In this document: in pieces, positions 23,881 to 38,476 of the stretch
Position numbering within the stretch: the first letter of the stretch is position 1
How the letters are laid out: every line of letters begins with the position of its first letter
Assembly: GCF_006345805.1 (NCBI RefSeq)
Contig: NC_042999.1
Span: 156,302,001 to 156,366,000, forward strand
Reading direction: 5' to 3'
From: Octopus sinensis
Taxonomy: Eukaryota
DNA length: 64,000 bases
The notes under the pieces: generated by a model
Told to the model about the DNA's origin: nothing
Databases searched by the model: none
What the model saw: only the letters and a program-made list of their open reading frames with translations
Translations under genes and position numbers: made by a program

Positions 23881-25316
23881 GTAAGTGTGTAATTTAATTT
23901 GTTTTGTTGGTGTTTATAATTTTATTGCATTCACACTTATAAAAATGTTTTCCAACCACACGTACAACATACACGAGATAACCGCTGCCATTGTTTGGGT
24001 TTGCTAGAAATAACAACTAAATTCCCTCAAATGCATCCACGCCTTTATAAGGAGGTAACCGGGGCCATTCAATATTTACAAAAAACAAACAAACGCAAAC
24101 AATACCAAATGGGCAAGGCTGAAACACATCTTTGATCACCGGCCTGTTCGATAAGGGCTTAACTTAACACAACGCATACACACCACACACACATACATAC
24201 ATACATACACACACATGTACACACACACACATGTCTCATGCAAATACGCGCACGCGCGTACATGATTAGGAATCTATGAGATAAAAAAGTTATTTAATTT
24301 AATGAGGTATCTATATTGACCTTTTTTTTTTTTGCCAAGGTGCCGAAGAAGTGTGGGTTTTTTTCTTTTTCTGTCTGAACTTACAATATTGTTCGTTCCC
24401 TTATAGGAAGTAAGAAAAGAGGATAAGAAGTTTTAAGTTTTATAAAAAACATCTTATAGTACAACTACCCAATCAGGGAAGTTTCCTAACATACGTAAAT
24501 TCCTGTTACCTTTGATATTAATTAGCTCACGCTATCGTTTATAATAAACAGTACTAAAGATTATTTGCTGGAAGAAAAATATTTTCATAAAAATATCCAA
24601 TGCGAATGGATATAATGAACTGTCAGTTTTCAAAATGAATTGTGGTTTTTCGTTCATTGTTGGAGCAGATTTGATTTGTGAGTAAAGAAGGAAACTATAT
24701 TTAACTGACGGAAGTATTGACACACCGAGTTTATTAAGTTCACAAAAGAAGGAGGGGTTTGATGTTAAGGTTTTGTTTAGCTCAGATCAACCTTGACAGA
24801 GCAGACGATATATGTATGAACGATTGAGTCATTCCTGCCGTAAACACTTTTATTCTCCACCCATAAGGTGTGTGTATAAGATTACATTATTCAGTGCCCG
24901 TTCATTTTTTAAAGCCAATAAAATGTGATTTTAAGGAGATTTAGCCGACATTTCTAGCTGGTCAAGTGACTACATACACTTCTTTCGTGTTGTTTAACCT
25001 CTGCTCAACCCTGTTAGATATAATAGCCTTACGGTCAAAGAATTTCCGGCCCTGAATATTTTGGTTACGTTGTTTAATGTGTCCCATCCTTATTAAAAAT
25101 AAGGGTGACCTGAAAGATTTGGTTGTTATTTCTAGCAGGTCGAGTAATCAAGGTAGCTGGGAGCTCGTTGGTTACGAGCCATTTTCATGCTCCTAGATAA
25201 AACAACTGAAATTGTCTTATGCTGTTTTCAGGCCTAATTTAGAAATCGGTATTAACACTAAAAGTTTAGAGACGTGACTCCATGTGTGCACCTACCTATC
25301 TATCGTGTGTATGTAT

Positions 25317-25355
<39 letters not shown>

Positions 25356-25477
25356 TCACTACAGACACATATATCATCAGAAGTTACACAGTGACAAGTT
25401 TCGTGTGTTGTAATTTGCTAATGCTCTTGAGTCACTCTGTAGCTTCTGTCGATAAATAATAATAATAATAATAGTTT

Positions 25478-25955
25478 CAAAAAGTTGATAACATCGACCC
25501 CAGTGTTCAACTGGGACTTTTTCTTTTATCGACCTCGAAAGGATGAAAGGCAAAGTCGACCTCGTTGGAATTTGAACTCAGAGCGTAAAGACGGACGAAA
25601 TGCCTATTTCTTTACTATCCACAAGGGGCTAAACACAGAGAGGACAAACAAGGACAGACAAACGGATTAAGTCGATTATATCGACCCTGAAAGGATGAAA
25701 GGCAAAGTCGACCTCGGTGGAATTTGAACTCAGAACGTAAAGACGGACGAAATGCCTATTTCTTTTACTACCCACAAGGGGCTAAACACAGAGAGGACAA
25801 ACAAGGACAGACAAACGGATTAAGTCGATTATATCGACCCTGAAAGGATGAAAGGCAAAGTCGACCTCGGTGGAATTTGAACTCAGAACCTAATGGCAGA
25901 AGAAATACTGCTAAGCATTTCGCCCGGCGTGTTAACGATTCTGCCAGCTCGCTGC
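25478..25955 (-). mobile_element. SINE family B tandem array
   Basis: Three units. Two share the same ~30-bp internal deletion, giving a ~152-bp period. Confidence 0.88.
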
Positions 25956-26273
25956 CCTAATAATAATAATAATAATCCTTTCTGTTAAAGCACAAGGGTG
26001 GGCGAGGGGGGGGGGGGGGCTAGTCGATTACATCGACCCCAATAATGACTGGTAGAGTAGACCTCGGCGGAATTTGAACTCAGAACGTAAGCGACGAGCG
26101 AAGTACCGCTTAGCATTTCGCCCGGCGTGCTAACGATTCTGCCAGCTCGCAATAACAATAAAAAATCTTTTATGCGAAGATAAGAGAAAAAAGAAAGAAA
26201 CGAGTGTGATAAGTTTTAATAAATGTGTTAGTTTACTGCTTATTAAGAAAGAGACAGTTTATATAATATATAT

Positions 26274-26312
<39 letters not shown>

Positions 26313-26489
26313 TGAAAGTCAATTCAAGAAATTACTTGCCTGTCACAAACGAGTTTTGATAGTCAGGGAAACTTGTTTACGTGTAGCTTTCCTCAGCTGA
26401 AGGAAGGCATCAATCCACCCAGCTGATGTATCGCTCTTTTCTCTTAGGAAACAATCGATAGACTAGAAGAACCTGACCGGAAATACAAA

Positions 26490-26498
26490 TATATATAT

Positions 26499-26529
<31 letters not shown>

Positions 26530-27202
26530 TGTGTGTGTGTATGTATGTATGTATGTATATTATATATATTGTGTGTGTGTAGTATATATATTGTGTGTGT
26601 GTATGTATATAATATAATATAATATAATAGTGTGTGTGTAATATATATATATATATATATTGTGTGGTGTAGTATATATATATATATATTGTGTGTGTGT
26701 GTATGTATATATATATATATATATATATTGTGTGGTGGTAGATATATATATATATATATTGTGTGTGTGTATGTATATATATAATATATATATTGTGTGT
26801 GTGTGTATGTATATATATATATATATATATATCTATGTGTGTGTGTGTGTATGTATAATATATATATATATTGTGTGTGTGTGTGTGATGTATATATATA
26901 TATATAATATTGTGTGTGTGTATGTATATATATATATATTGTGTGTGTGTTTGTATGTTATATATATATATATATAGGGTGTGTGTGTGTGTGTAATATA
27001 TATATATATATATATATAGTGTGTGTGTGTGTTGTATATATATATTGGTTGGTGTGTGTATATATATGTGTTGTGTGTTGTAATATATATATATTATAAT
27101 ATGTGTGTGTGTATATATTTATAAGTATATATAATTGTGTATAAAGTGAGTATATATATATATAATATATGTATATAAAATGTGTATTTATATGTGTTTA
27201 TG

Positions 27203-27233
<31 letters not shown>

Positions 27234-27420
27234 TATGTATATATATATCTGCATATGTATTTGTGTATGTATATATATATATATATATATATGTGTATGT
27301 AGTTGGAATTTACAAAAAGAAAAAAAAACAAGCAAAGCAAAACAAAAGACGGGTATATGTATATAAAATGTGTATGTATATATGTATATGCATGTATATG
27401 TGCGCTCACATACAGATACA
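26490..27420. repeat. Degenerate (AT)n/(GT)n microsatellite
   Basis: Direct inspection. Confidence 0.95.
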
Positions 27421-27954
27421 CATACAATAGGGAAGACAAGGCGTGTGTAAGGCCCCTTCCTAAACTCAAATAAGTATGTGCAAGCGTTTGGCGAGTTCAA
27501 GAAAGTTCTTGTGCATGAGTTATGTTTTAGTGGTGTAAGTGTTGCACAGCACTTAACGCATTCTTCCATGCAATCAGCTATAAAACTTTAAACCGCACCT
27601 GATAGCGGGGTCTTGGTTATGGGACCTCTAGGGTTTTGAAGTGTGTGGAATCACCTCTTAGCCACTGTTGTTTCCAGGTCTCAGGATCCCAACTATTGGG
27701 CAATTAGCATGTGAATGATTGAGCATGAAGGGTCTCTAGTTATCATTAGAACTTCTAGGAGCAGGTAAACTCGTATAAGAAAAAGTGCAGTTGGTTTCTG
27801 GTTGTCCAACCTCTGTTGTGCACTGGTTCACTCTCCTTCTTTTCAGCTGTTTTCTCTCTTCACTCCCTTTCGTAGAAGAGCGAAGGCTCGAAACGTCAAA
27901 AACTCTGCCATCTTTCACATTGTTTGTTGTGCCTTTATCTGTCTATTTTTTGTA

Positions 27955-28004
<50 letters not shown>

Positions 28005-29039
28005 GTCTATCTGTCTGTCTGTCTGTCGTCTGTCTATATAATAATAATAATAAAATGACAAAAGAATGAGACCGCAATATTATGTAAATAGAGGAATTTA
28101 TAGGGCAATCAGTAAGTTGTCGGCATTTGAAACTCTGAGTTCTATTATGACATCTTACTGATTCTCCTATACTATATATATATATCCCAGGATCAAGCGA
28201 TAAAAACAAACTGCTTGAGAAAAAGTGTATATGGTGAGAATGTGTCAGAAAAATGTAGTGTATGTATGTGTATGTATATATATATATATATAGGTTAGTT
28301 TATATAGGTTTATATAAGCGTGAGGGATAGAATTCATTACATATAGAAGCGTAGCTTATATCATTCCACCTGTTATTAAGAAATTGAATGAGTTACTCAA
28401 AAGCCTAGAGTTTCGCAACGAAACACTTGTTAAACTGAACGATACTGGAAAGTTGCATAAAATTTATAGAAGAAAAAATATCTTGCCATATAACGCACAC
28501 GCACACATACATGTATGTATAAAATTTAAGGCTGAAATTTCAATGAGAGCAGAATGGATTTATGAACATTAAGATAGAAAGAAGAGAAGTGGAATGGAGA
28601 GCTACGTGTCTCATGTTTGTCAAGTAAAATTTCTTATGCTTTTCGTTGAGAACGAGGTATCTTCTTAGCTTACACCTACACTTGTATATGTACATACATA
28701 CATACATGCATGTATGTGTGTGTCTATTTTACTATTACAAGGGCAGTGGAGACAGTGACTTTAGAGTTTCAGTCTGCTAGCCTTCATTGAAACGTGTGTG
28801 TGTGTGTGTGTGGACGTCAAATTTATCGACCTGGTTTTTTTTAAATGTAAACTCAGTCAATGAATATCCCATTCAGTCGATAATTATGCAACTTACGTAA
28901 CGTGTAGCTTCCTTACGTCTCATGAGTTTGTTCACCCGGCTGAGAAATCGCTCTCTTTCTCTTTGCATCAGTTGATGTACTAGAATAAACTATACGTCTA
29001 CATTTGGTTGTACAGACAAGAGAAATAGAATTCAAAACG

Positions 29040-29877
29040 TGTGTGTGTGTGGGGAATATATATATATATATATATATATATAGATTATATATATATATAT
29101 ATATATATTATATATGGTGGTGTGTATGATAATTATATGTTGTGTGTGTTATGTATATATATATATGTGTGTGTGTATGTATGTATATATATATGTGTGT
29201 GTGTATGTATATATATATATATGTGTGGTGTATATATGTATATATATATCTGTGTGTGTGTATATATATAATATAGTGTGTGTGTGTTATGTATATATAT
29301 GTGGTGTGTAATGTATATATATATATGTGTGTGTGTATGTATGTATATATATGTGTTTATGTATATATATATATATGTGTAGTATATATATATATATATA
29401 TGTGTATGTATATATATATATATATATATGTGTCATGTGTATATATATATAATATATATATGTGTATGTATATATATATATGGTATGTATATAATATAAT
29501 ATGTGTATGTAATATATATATTAATGTGTATGCTATATATAATATATATGGTTGTATATATATATATGGTGATGTATATATATATATATATATGTGTATG
29601 TATATATATATATGTATGTATATATATTATATGGTGTGTATGTCTAATATATAATTGTATGTATATATATGGTGTGTATGTATATATATAGATATGTGTA
29701 TGTATATATATATGTGTATTTATATATATGTGTGTAATATATATATGTGTATTATATAATGTGGTATGTATATATATGTGTGTATGTATAGTATGTGGGT
29801 ATGTATATATGTTGGTATGTATATAGGTGTGTATGTATATATATATATGTATATATATATATATGTATAATTATATG

Positions 29878-29917
<40 letters not shown>

Positions 29918-30447
29918 ATGGTATATATATATGTATTATATATTATATATATGTATATATATATATATATTATGTATATATATATATATATATAATGTAT
30001 ATATATATATATATATATGTATTATATATATAAGATATAGTAATATAATATTATATATATAGATATGATCTATATATATATATATATATGTATATTAATA
30101 TTATATATATATATAATATATTGTATATAAATAGATATATAACTATATGTATATATATATATCCTATATATATATATATAATGTTATATATATATGTATA
30201 TGTATATATATATATGTAATATATATATATATATATGTAGCTATTCAATATATTGTATATATATATAATATATGTATATATATATATATATATGTATAAT
30301 ATATAGGTATGTTTATAGATATATATATAAGTATATATATATATATATAATGTATATATATATATATATATGTATCTATATATATATATGTATATAATAT
30401 ATATATATAGGTAGATATATAATATATTGTTATATATATTAATTATG

Positions 30448-30481
<34 letters not shown>

Positions 30482-30567
30482 AATAATCTATAATGGTATA
30501 TATATATTATATATATATATGTATATATATATACTATATAAGTAGTAATATATATATATATGTATAT

Positions 30568-30599
<32 letters not shown>

Positions 30600-31305
30600 T
30601 GTCTATATATATATATATGGGTATATTATATATTGTATATCTTATGATATATATGTATATATAGATAATATCCTGTATATATATAATATATATGTCTAGA
30701 TATATAATATATATATATATGTATATATATATATCTGTATAATAATATGTATAATATATATATAATGTATATATATATATGTATAATATAATATATGTAT
30801 ATATATATATATGTATATATTAATATGTATATTATATTGTTAATATATATATATAATAATGTATATAAATATATAATGGATAGATATATATATATGTATA
30901 TATATATATATGTTATATATATATATATTGTATATATATATATATAGTTATATATTCGATATGTAATATTATATCTAGATGGTATAAGATATATATATAT
31001 GTATATATATATATAATGTATATATAGCTATATGTATATATATATATATATTTAAATATATATTATATATGTTATATATATATATGTATATATATATATG
31101 TATGGATATATATATATGTATGTATATATTGTATGTATATGTATGTATGTATATATATGTGTATGTATTATATATATGTGTATGTATATATATCTATATA
31201 TGTATATATATATAATATATGGGTATGTATATATATATATAATTGGGTATGTATATATATATATATATATGGGTATGTATATATATATATATATATATAT
31301 ATGGG

Positions 31306-31336
<31 letters not shown>

Positions 31337-31865
31337 GGGTATGTATATATAATATATATATATATGATATATATATGTGTATGTATATATATATATTGTG
31401 TGTATGTATATATATATATGTGTAATGTATATATATATATGTGTATGTATGTATATATATATGTGTGTATATATATATATGTGTGTATGTATATATATAT
31501 ATGTGTGTATGTATATATATATATGTGTGTATGTATATATATATATATGTGTATGTATATATATATGTGTGTGTATGTATATATATATATATATATGCGT
31601 GTATGTATATATATATATGTGTGTATGTATATATATATATGTGTATGTATATATGTATGTATATGTATATATGTATGTATATGTTATGTATGTATATATA
31701 TGTATATGTTATCATCATCATCATCATTTAACGTCCGCTTTCCATGCTGTATATATATGTATATGTTATGTATGTATATATATGTATATATTATATATAT
31801 ATGTATAACATGTTTTTATATGTGTATGCATGTTTGTATTATGTATGCATACATATGTATATATA
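29040..31865. repeat. About 2.8-kb degenerate (AT)n/(GTAT)n microsatellite block
   Basis: Direct inspection. It contains a short RTE 3' terminus at ~31710-31748. Confidence 0.97.
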
Positions 31866-31870
31866 AAACA

Positions 31871-32258
31871 AGCGCAGGCGTGACTGTGTAGTAAGAAGCT
31901 TGCTTCTGAACCACATGGTTCTGGGTTCAGTCCCACTGCGTGGCACCTTGGGCAAGTGTCTTCTACTATAGCCTTGAGCCGACTAAAGCCTTGTGAGTGG
32001 GTTTGGTAGACGGCAACTGAAAGAATCCCGTCGTATATATATGTATATATATATGTGTGTTTTTGTCCCCCCACCTTCGTTTGACAACCGATGTTGGTGT
32101 GTTTACGTCCCCGTAACTTAGCGGTTCCAGCAAAAGAGACCTATAGAATAAGTATTAGGCTTACAAGGAATAAATCCTGGGGTCGATTCGTTCGTTTATA
32201 GATGGTACTCCTATAATGCTATGGCCGCAGTCAAATTGACTGAAACGAATAAAAGAGT
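31871..32258 (+). mobile_element. tRNA-derived SINE, family A
   Basis: Full-length copy. Confidence 0.88.
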
Positions 32259-32822
32259 TTGTATGTATACATATATATTTATACAAGTGCCCTGTTTATT
32301 TAATTCCTTTATGATCTTATAATCAGTGACTCAGGATTTCCTTTTTCTCTTTTGTCATGGCACTTGTCGAACTAGATTAGGTTACATAATATTATTTATT
32401 GAAGAAAAATTATTGAATAGACAATTGATAATGGGTTAAGAATTTCGCTTTGCAACCATAAAGTCAAGAGTTCAGTCCTGCTGCGAGGCATCTTGTGCAA
32501 ATGTCTTTTTCTATTGCCCTGGGTTGACCCATGCTTTGTGAGTAAAATTGTGCTGATGGAAACTGTGTGGAAGCCTGGCAGATGGATAGTATATGTAATT
32601 CAAAGGTTTGACCTCATCACTCTGTATTACACTAATTCTACTTCAGAATTATGTTATAAGTACTGGTATCTGTGGAGTACTCAACTACTTACAGACTAAC
32701 TGAATGAGTCTTGGGGGTCAGTTGATCGAACAACTGGTGCCAATACTTGGAAGTTCTGACCAAGGTCCAAGCACTGCTGTGTTGTTATGTTTGCTTCCGA
32801 ACCATGTCATAGCCCCGGGTTG

Positions 32823-33116
32823 AGGAGGCACATGGCCTAGTGGTTAGAGCAGCGGACTCGCGGTCGAGGGATCGCGGGTTCGAATCTCATGTCATGTGTG
32901 TGTTTATGAGCAAAACACCGAAGTTTCACGCGGCTCCAGCAGAAGGTAATGGCGAACTTCTGCTGACTCTTTCGCCACAACTTTCTTTCACTCTTTCCTC
33001 CTGCATCTTGCAGCTCACCTGCGACGAACCGGCATCCCGTCCAGGTGGGGAACCTATACACCAAGGAAACCGGGAAGCCGGCCCTTATGAGCCAGGCATG
33101 GCTCGAGAAGGAACAT
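32823..33116 (+). mobile_element. tRNA(Arg)-like SINE family D (V/Meta-like central domain)
   Basis: Head shared with family C. 3' part gcgacg(a/g)accggcatcccgtccaggtgggg...gaaaccggg. Second copy at 45144-45432. Confidence 0.85.
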
Positions 33117-34729
33117 GTGCATAGCCCTGGGCTGACCAAGGCCGACTAAATAGATTTCATCCAGAACCATCTCACTTGTTAGCTGTTTGTGGGCTATTAA
33201 TAGTGTTCTCCATACCCATATGTTACTGTAGCTCTCCCACCCCACTTCTCCTCATGCACTACACTTGTCTGCCTCCCTCCTCCATTCCTGCCACCTACTC
33301 AAACACGTCATCTCTCTCCTCTCCTTGTCATCTGTATCATCATTACTACCCTGCTGCTAGTGTCCCTCTAGCCTTCTCAACTTATGCACCCTCGTTGCCC
33401 CTCAACCCTTCTCAGTTTTTACAGATGTTGCTCACCCTCTTACCCCCTTCTCTCCCATTTCCTTTATCTCCCCCTCCCACCCACCCCCTCCGTACACTCT
33501 TGCAACCTCCACCCCTCCCATCCACTACTACTCACCTAGTTCCTTGAGGTGCCACATGGACACCTCACCATCATCTCTCTGTCTCTTTTTGGAGATACTG
33601 CCAATTCTCTGTCTTTCTCCTAATTGACAATAGCCATGTAGCTCCTCTGCGACAAGAACTTGCTTTACCTCAACCTTTTCCTTCATAACTTAAACCCCAT
33701 CTAATATAAGAATGCAGCCCCCTCCCATAGATTTTGTGGACTTGTGAGCTACATGGTGACCTCAATAGTACATACAAGAAAAGCACCCTGTACACACTGT
33801 AAAGTGATGGGCGTTAGGAAGGGCATTCAGCCAGAGACCATGCCAAAGCACACTGGAGTATGATGTAGGTCATAGATTTATTGGATCCTTGTCAAACCAT
33901 CCAATCCATGCCAGCATGGAACATGAATGTTAAATGATGATGGTGGTGGTGGTAGTGGTGTGTGTGTGTGTGTGTGTGTGTGGGTGCATGTGTCTACTAT
34001 CTTTATATCATCATCATTATTTAACATCTGTGCACCATGTTGGCATGGGTTGGATGTTTTGACAAGATCTAAGGACTGCATCAGTGAAGGGGCATGGCTC
34101 AGTGGTTAGAGTGTCATGCTCACAACTATGAGGTAGTGAGTTTAATTCCCAGAATGGGCTGTGTGTTGTGTTCTTGAGCTAGACACTTTGTTTCATGTTG
34201 CTTCTGTTCACTTGGCCGTAGAAACGAGTTGCAATGTCACTGGTGCCAAGCTGCATCAGCCTTTTCCTTTCCCTTGGATAACAGCAATGGCATGGAGAGG
34301 AAAGCCTGGTACATATGGGCAGCTGTTAGTCTTCTATAAACAGCCTTGCCCAGACTTGTGCCTCAGAGGGGAACTTCCCATGTCATTCATGACTGAAGGA
34401 GGTCTTCACCCAAGACTGCATCATGCTTTAGTGTCGGCTTTGGTATGGTTTCTATGGCTGAATGCCCTTCCTAATGCTTAACCACTTAACAACATGCACC
34501 AGATGCTTTTTTTTGGAGAGGGGGCACCAACACTAGAGAGGTTGTGTGACTTGCATGATCCCCTTTGAATGAACATGGCTACAAAAGAGAGAAAGGTGGA
34601 TTTATGTTAGGAGATGAGGGGTTAAAATATAAGAAAGGGCCAGAATAGAACAGGTTTCTTGCTACAGAAGAGCTGCACAGTGACTCCTCGCATTATAGAA
34701 GCAAGAGAGAGTAGGGGTGACTAGGGTGG

Positions 34730-34930
34730 AGCTGGAAAAAACTATAGTTTCATATCTACTTGTGGAGAGGAGGATGTCTAGTTCCTGTTTGAAGACATCT
34801 ACTTCCACCTTATGCAGATTTCTTAATTTTGGGGGCAGGGCATTGAAGAGCTGTGGGCCTTTGAACCCTAGACTATTGCAGTACCTGGTACTGAATTTAG
34901 ATGAAGTGGATGGTGCCTTGTGGTACAATA
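34730..34930 (-). pseudogene. CR1/L2-type LINE ORF2 C-terminal fragment
   Basis: Minus strand reads RYCNSLGFKGPQLFNALPPKLRNLHKVEVDVFKQELDILLS, a typical CR1/L2 C-terminal motif (LFN.LP..LR....V..FK..LD..L). Confidence 0.8.
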
Positions 34931-35804
34931 CAATGTATATATTCTATATATATGGGCACCTCACTCAATCAATCTCCTCCATGTCTCCCCTGGAGCTTCC
35001 CTCCACTTCTGATAGCACTTTTCTTTCTTGCTATCCAGAACTATTTCAGTTGTTAGTCATTCTTCATCCATTAATATTGTTCCCTATATCCACATTTCAT
35101 AATGGCTATTCTCTCCCACCTTGGACCACTAAGTTATTCCTCTTCACCCAGTATATGTATTTCTCCTTCTACTCCACATTTGCCTCCTACCCATCTCTCT
35201 CTCTCTCTTTTCCACTGTCAATCATTGCTCTACTCTGCTGCTAGCATCTCTCAAGCCTCACCAACTTGTGAACCCCCTCACCTTAACCCTTCTCAGTCTT
35301 TACATATGTCGGCTATCTATCTCCCACTCTTCCATTTCCTCTACCTCTTCCCCATCATACATTCTTGCAAACTCCCACCTACTTTGTGCTTTGAGGTACC
35401 ATATGGACACCTCATCACCATCTGTCTATCTCTTTGGAGATACCACCATTTCATTCTCACTCTCTCTCCAAAATGTGAGTAGCCCTGCAACTCCTCCACA
35501 AGAACTTGCTCTATTCCACCATCTTTTCCCTGTACCTCAAGTCTTGTTTAACAATAAGTCAATACTCTCCCTTCTAAGGTTTTATAGACATGTGAGCTTG
35601 ATGGTAACCTCAATAGTACCGGTAGTATGAAAAAATGCACCCAGTACACACTGGAAAATTTTTGGTGTTAGGAATGGCATCCAGTCACAGAAACCATTCC
35701 AGAGCACACATTTGTGCATGATGATATATATATATATATATAGCCGTCCAACCCATGCTAGCATGGAAAACGGACGCTAAACGATGATGATGATGATATA
35801 TAGG

Positions 35805-35990
35805 GAGAGTTTACGAAAAAAACAAAAGATGAAGACAGGTGTGTACAAAACAAACAGATGTATTAGTATAACGCTCAGGAATAGAAAAAGTCTTTTATGT
35901 TTCGAGCCTACGCTCTTCTACAGAAAGGGACACAGAAAAAACAAGGAGAGAAAAAAATGTGTGTAGTGGCTAATGATCTATCATGGCGAC
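35805..35990 (-). repeat. Short interspersed repeat (Penelope-like terminal repeat candidate)
   Basis: Near-identical copy at 47595-47780. It shares the gtagaagagcg(t/a)aggctcgaaac motif with 27867-27901. Confidence 0.7.
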
Positions 35991-36071
35991 TGATAATATA
36001 TTGATGATGATGATAAGAGAGAGAATGTTATATTAAATCTCTGAGTGAGATATAAACAGTACCAGTATGAA

Positions 36072-36588
36072 ACCGTAACATATATTTGCCAACTAAGTGT
36101 GGCATCCTATACAGGACAGTGCTACTGATGTTTATAGCCCCAGGAAGACATTTTCTCCAGCTGGCTAATGACACACATTCTGTGTCTGATTGGTATTTGC
36201 GAGGGGAGGTCATCGCTCCCATCTCTAGCCTTATGTAATACAGACTGACTCGAGTTTCTGGGTGGTTATCCATCCTCAGCATGTGTTAATCACCAGCTAG
36301 TGATGGAAGCTCATTCCACAAGAAAAATATATAGTAATTTGCGAGTGGAATGAGCTTCCATCACTAGCTAGTGATTAACACACACTGAGGATGGGTAATC
36401 ACTCAGAAACTCAAGTCTGTGTGTATCACGTAAGGCTAGAAATTGGAGCGATGACTTCCCCTTGCAAACACTAATTGGACACAGAATGTGTGTTGTTAGC
36501 CAACTGGAGGAGATGTCTTCCTGGAGCTATAAACACCAGTAGCACTGTCCTGTATAGGATGCCACACTTAGTTGACATATGTTACGGT
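36072..36588. mobile_element. Fold-back (palindromic) element, ~250-bp arms
   Basis: Arms 36072-36319 and 36345-36588 are reverse complements around a ~25-nt loop. Confidence 0.85.
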
Positions 36589-36622
36589 GTGTGTATATAT
36601 ATATATATATATATACATCGTG

Positions 36623-36658
<36 letters not shown>

Positions 36659-37105
36659 GTGAGCTTTGTACAGGTTTTGTCTATTAAATTTAGTTACAAA
36701 GCATTAGTTGGCCTAGAACTATAGAAGACACTTGCCTTAGGAACCCTGCTGTGGGACTGAACCTAAAACAATGTAGTTGCATAGAAAACTGCTTAACCAT
36801 GCAACCATATTTGCATTAAAGTGTGTGTGAGTGATATCATTATCATTTTATGCAGGCACATACACACATACTCACAGGCACACACACAAAAGTATGTTTA
36901 CAGTTGTCAAATATTTGAACATGTTGAAACAAAACTTGTGTGTGTGTGTGTATGCATGTAAATATGTTTCCAGTTGTCAAATATTTGGACACATGTAAAC
37001 AAAACTTGTATGCATCAGTAACTCCATGAAGCCAGCTGCTTCCAAAAATATAGATGTTCTCCCTGATGTATCAGGGACTGTTTCTTCCCTGTCCTGATCA
37101 TCATC

Positions 37106-37600
37106 ATCATTTAATGTCTGTTTTCTGTGCTAGCATGGGTTGGACGGTTCAACCAGGGTCTGGGAAGCCAGGAGTCTGCATCAGGCTCCAGTCTGAGCTA
37201 GCAGTGTTTCTACAGCTGGATGCCCTTCCTAATGCCAACCACTCCATGAGTAAAGTGGGTGCTTTTTACGTGCCACTGGCACAGGTGCCAGGGGAGACTG
37301 GCATGGTGCTTTTCACATGCCACGGCACAGTAGCCAGTCAAGGTGGCGCTGATATCGGTCACGTTGCTTAATTTTCAGTACTCCCATGAGTTGGTTAACT
37401 CTTCTCCAGAACAACATCTCTCCATGTTTGATCATTTGATCTTTTGCATAAGGTTCAGTATCCTGATATTGGCTTTCACCACTTTTTCCCCTATTTTGTT
37501 TGCTCTTCCTCTTCCTCTCATTTCTTCCTCTTGCATTGCTTGGTGATACATATTTACAGTGTTCACATGTGTAGTGTTCGTGTGTTTGGCTGATGGAGCA
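37106..37600 (-). mobile_element. RTE LINE 3' fragment (ORF2 end plus UTR)
   Basis: Minus strand reads RGRGRANKIGEKVVKANIRILNL, followed by the RTE UTR and (GAT)n tail. Confidence 0.75.
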
Positions 37601-37726
37601 CAAACGAAGAGAAAGACTGAGTATAAAGGAGGACAGATGTAGTGTGCAAGAGGCAACTACACTACCTCTGTAGTGTCAACTACACTACATCTGTAGTGTA
37701 GTCGCACTACAGATGTAGTGTGCAAA

Positions 37727-37958
37727 AGGCGACAAACTGGCAGAAATGTTAGTGCGCCGCGTGAAATGCTTAGCGGTATTTCATCTGCCGTTACGTTCTG
37801 AGTTCAAATTCCGCCGAGGTCGACTTTGCCTTTCATCCTTTTGGGGTCGATAAATTAAGTACCAGTTACGCACTGAGGTCGATATAATCGACTTAATCCA
37901 TTTGTCTGTCCTTGTTTGTCCTCTCTGTGTTTAGCCCCTTGTGGGTAATAAAGAAATA
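37727..37958 (+). mobile_element. SINE family B with TSD
   Basis: TSD agatgtagtgtgcaa at 37711-37725 and 37959-37973. Confidence 0.88.
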
Positions 37959-38098
37959 AGATGTAGTGTGCAAGAATGAGGACTGCATTGGTTTTGATAT
38001 GTATGTAATAACCTATGTACCTATCCGTCTGTATGTTGATCTTTACTTTCATATCCATATATTTATATACATTTGCATATACATATATATACATACAT

Positions 38099-38476
38099 AG
38101 GCGCAGGAGTGGCTGTGTGGTAAGTAGCTTGCTAACCAACCACATGGTTCCGGGTTCAGTCCCACTGCGTGGCATCTTGGGCAAGTGTCTTCTACTATAG
38201 CCTCGGGCCGACCAATGCCTTGTGAGTGGATTTGGTAGACGGAAACTGAAAGAAGCCCGTCGTATATATGTATATATATATATATGCATGTGTGTTTGTG
38301 TGTCTGTGTTCGTTCCCCTAGCATTGCTTGACAACTGATGCTGGTGTGTTTATGTCCCCGTAACTTAGCGGTTCGGCAAAAGAGACCGATAGAATAAGTC
38401 CCGGGGTCGAGTTGCTCGATTAAAGGTGCTGCTCCAGCATGGCCGCAGTCAAATGACTGAAACAAGTAAAAGAGTA
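38099..38476 (+). mobile_element. tRNA-derived SINE, family A
   Basis: Full-length, low-divergence copy. Confidence 0.9.

Noticed and set aside
11257-31891. Many long ORFs rich in Y/I/C/V/M, or S/F/L/P (e.g. 12379-13230, 19440-20089, 31133-31891)
   Set aside because: They are translations of (AT)n, (GATA)n and (GAA/GGA)n microsatellites, which lack stops in some frames.
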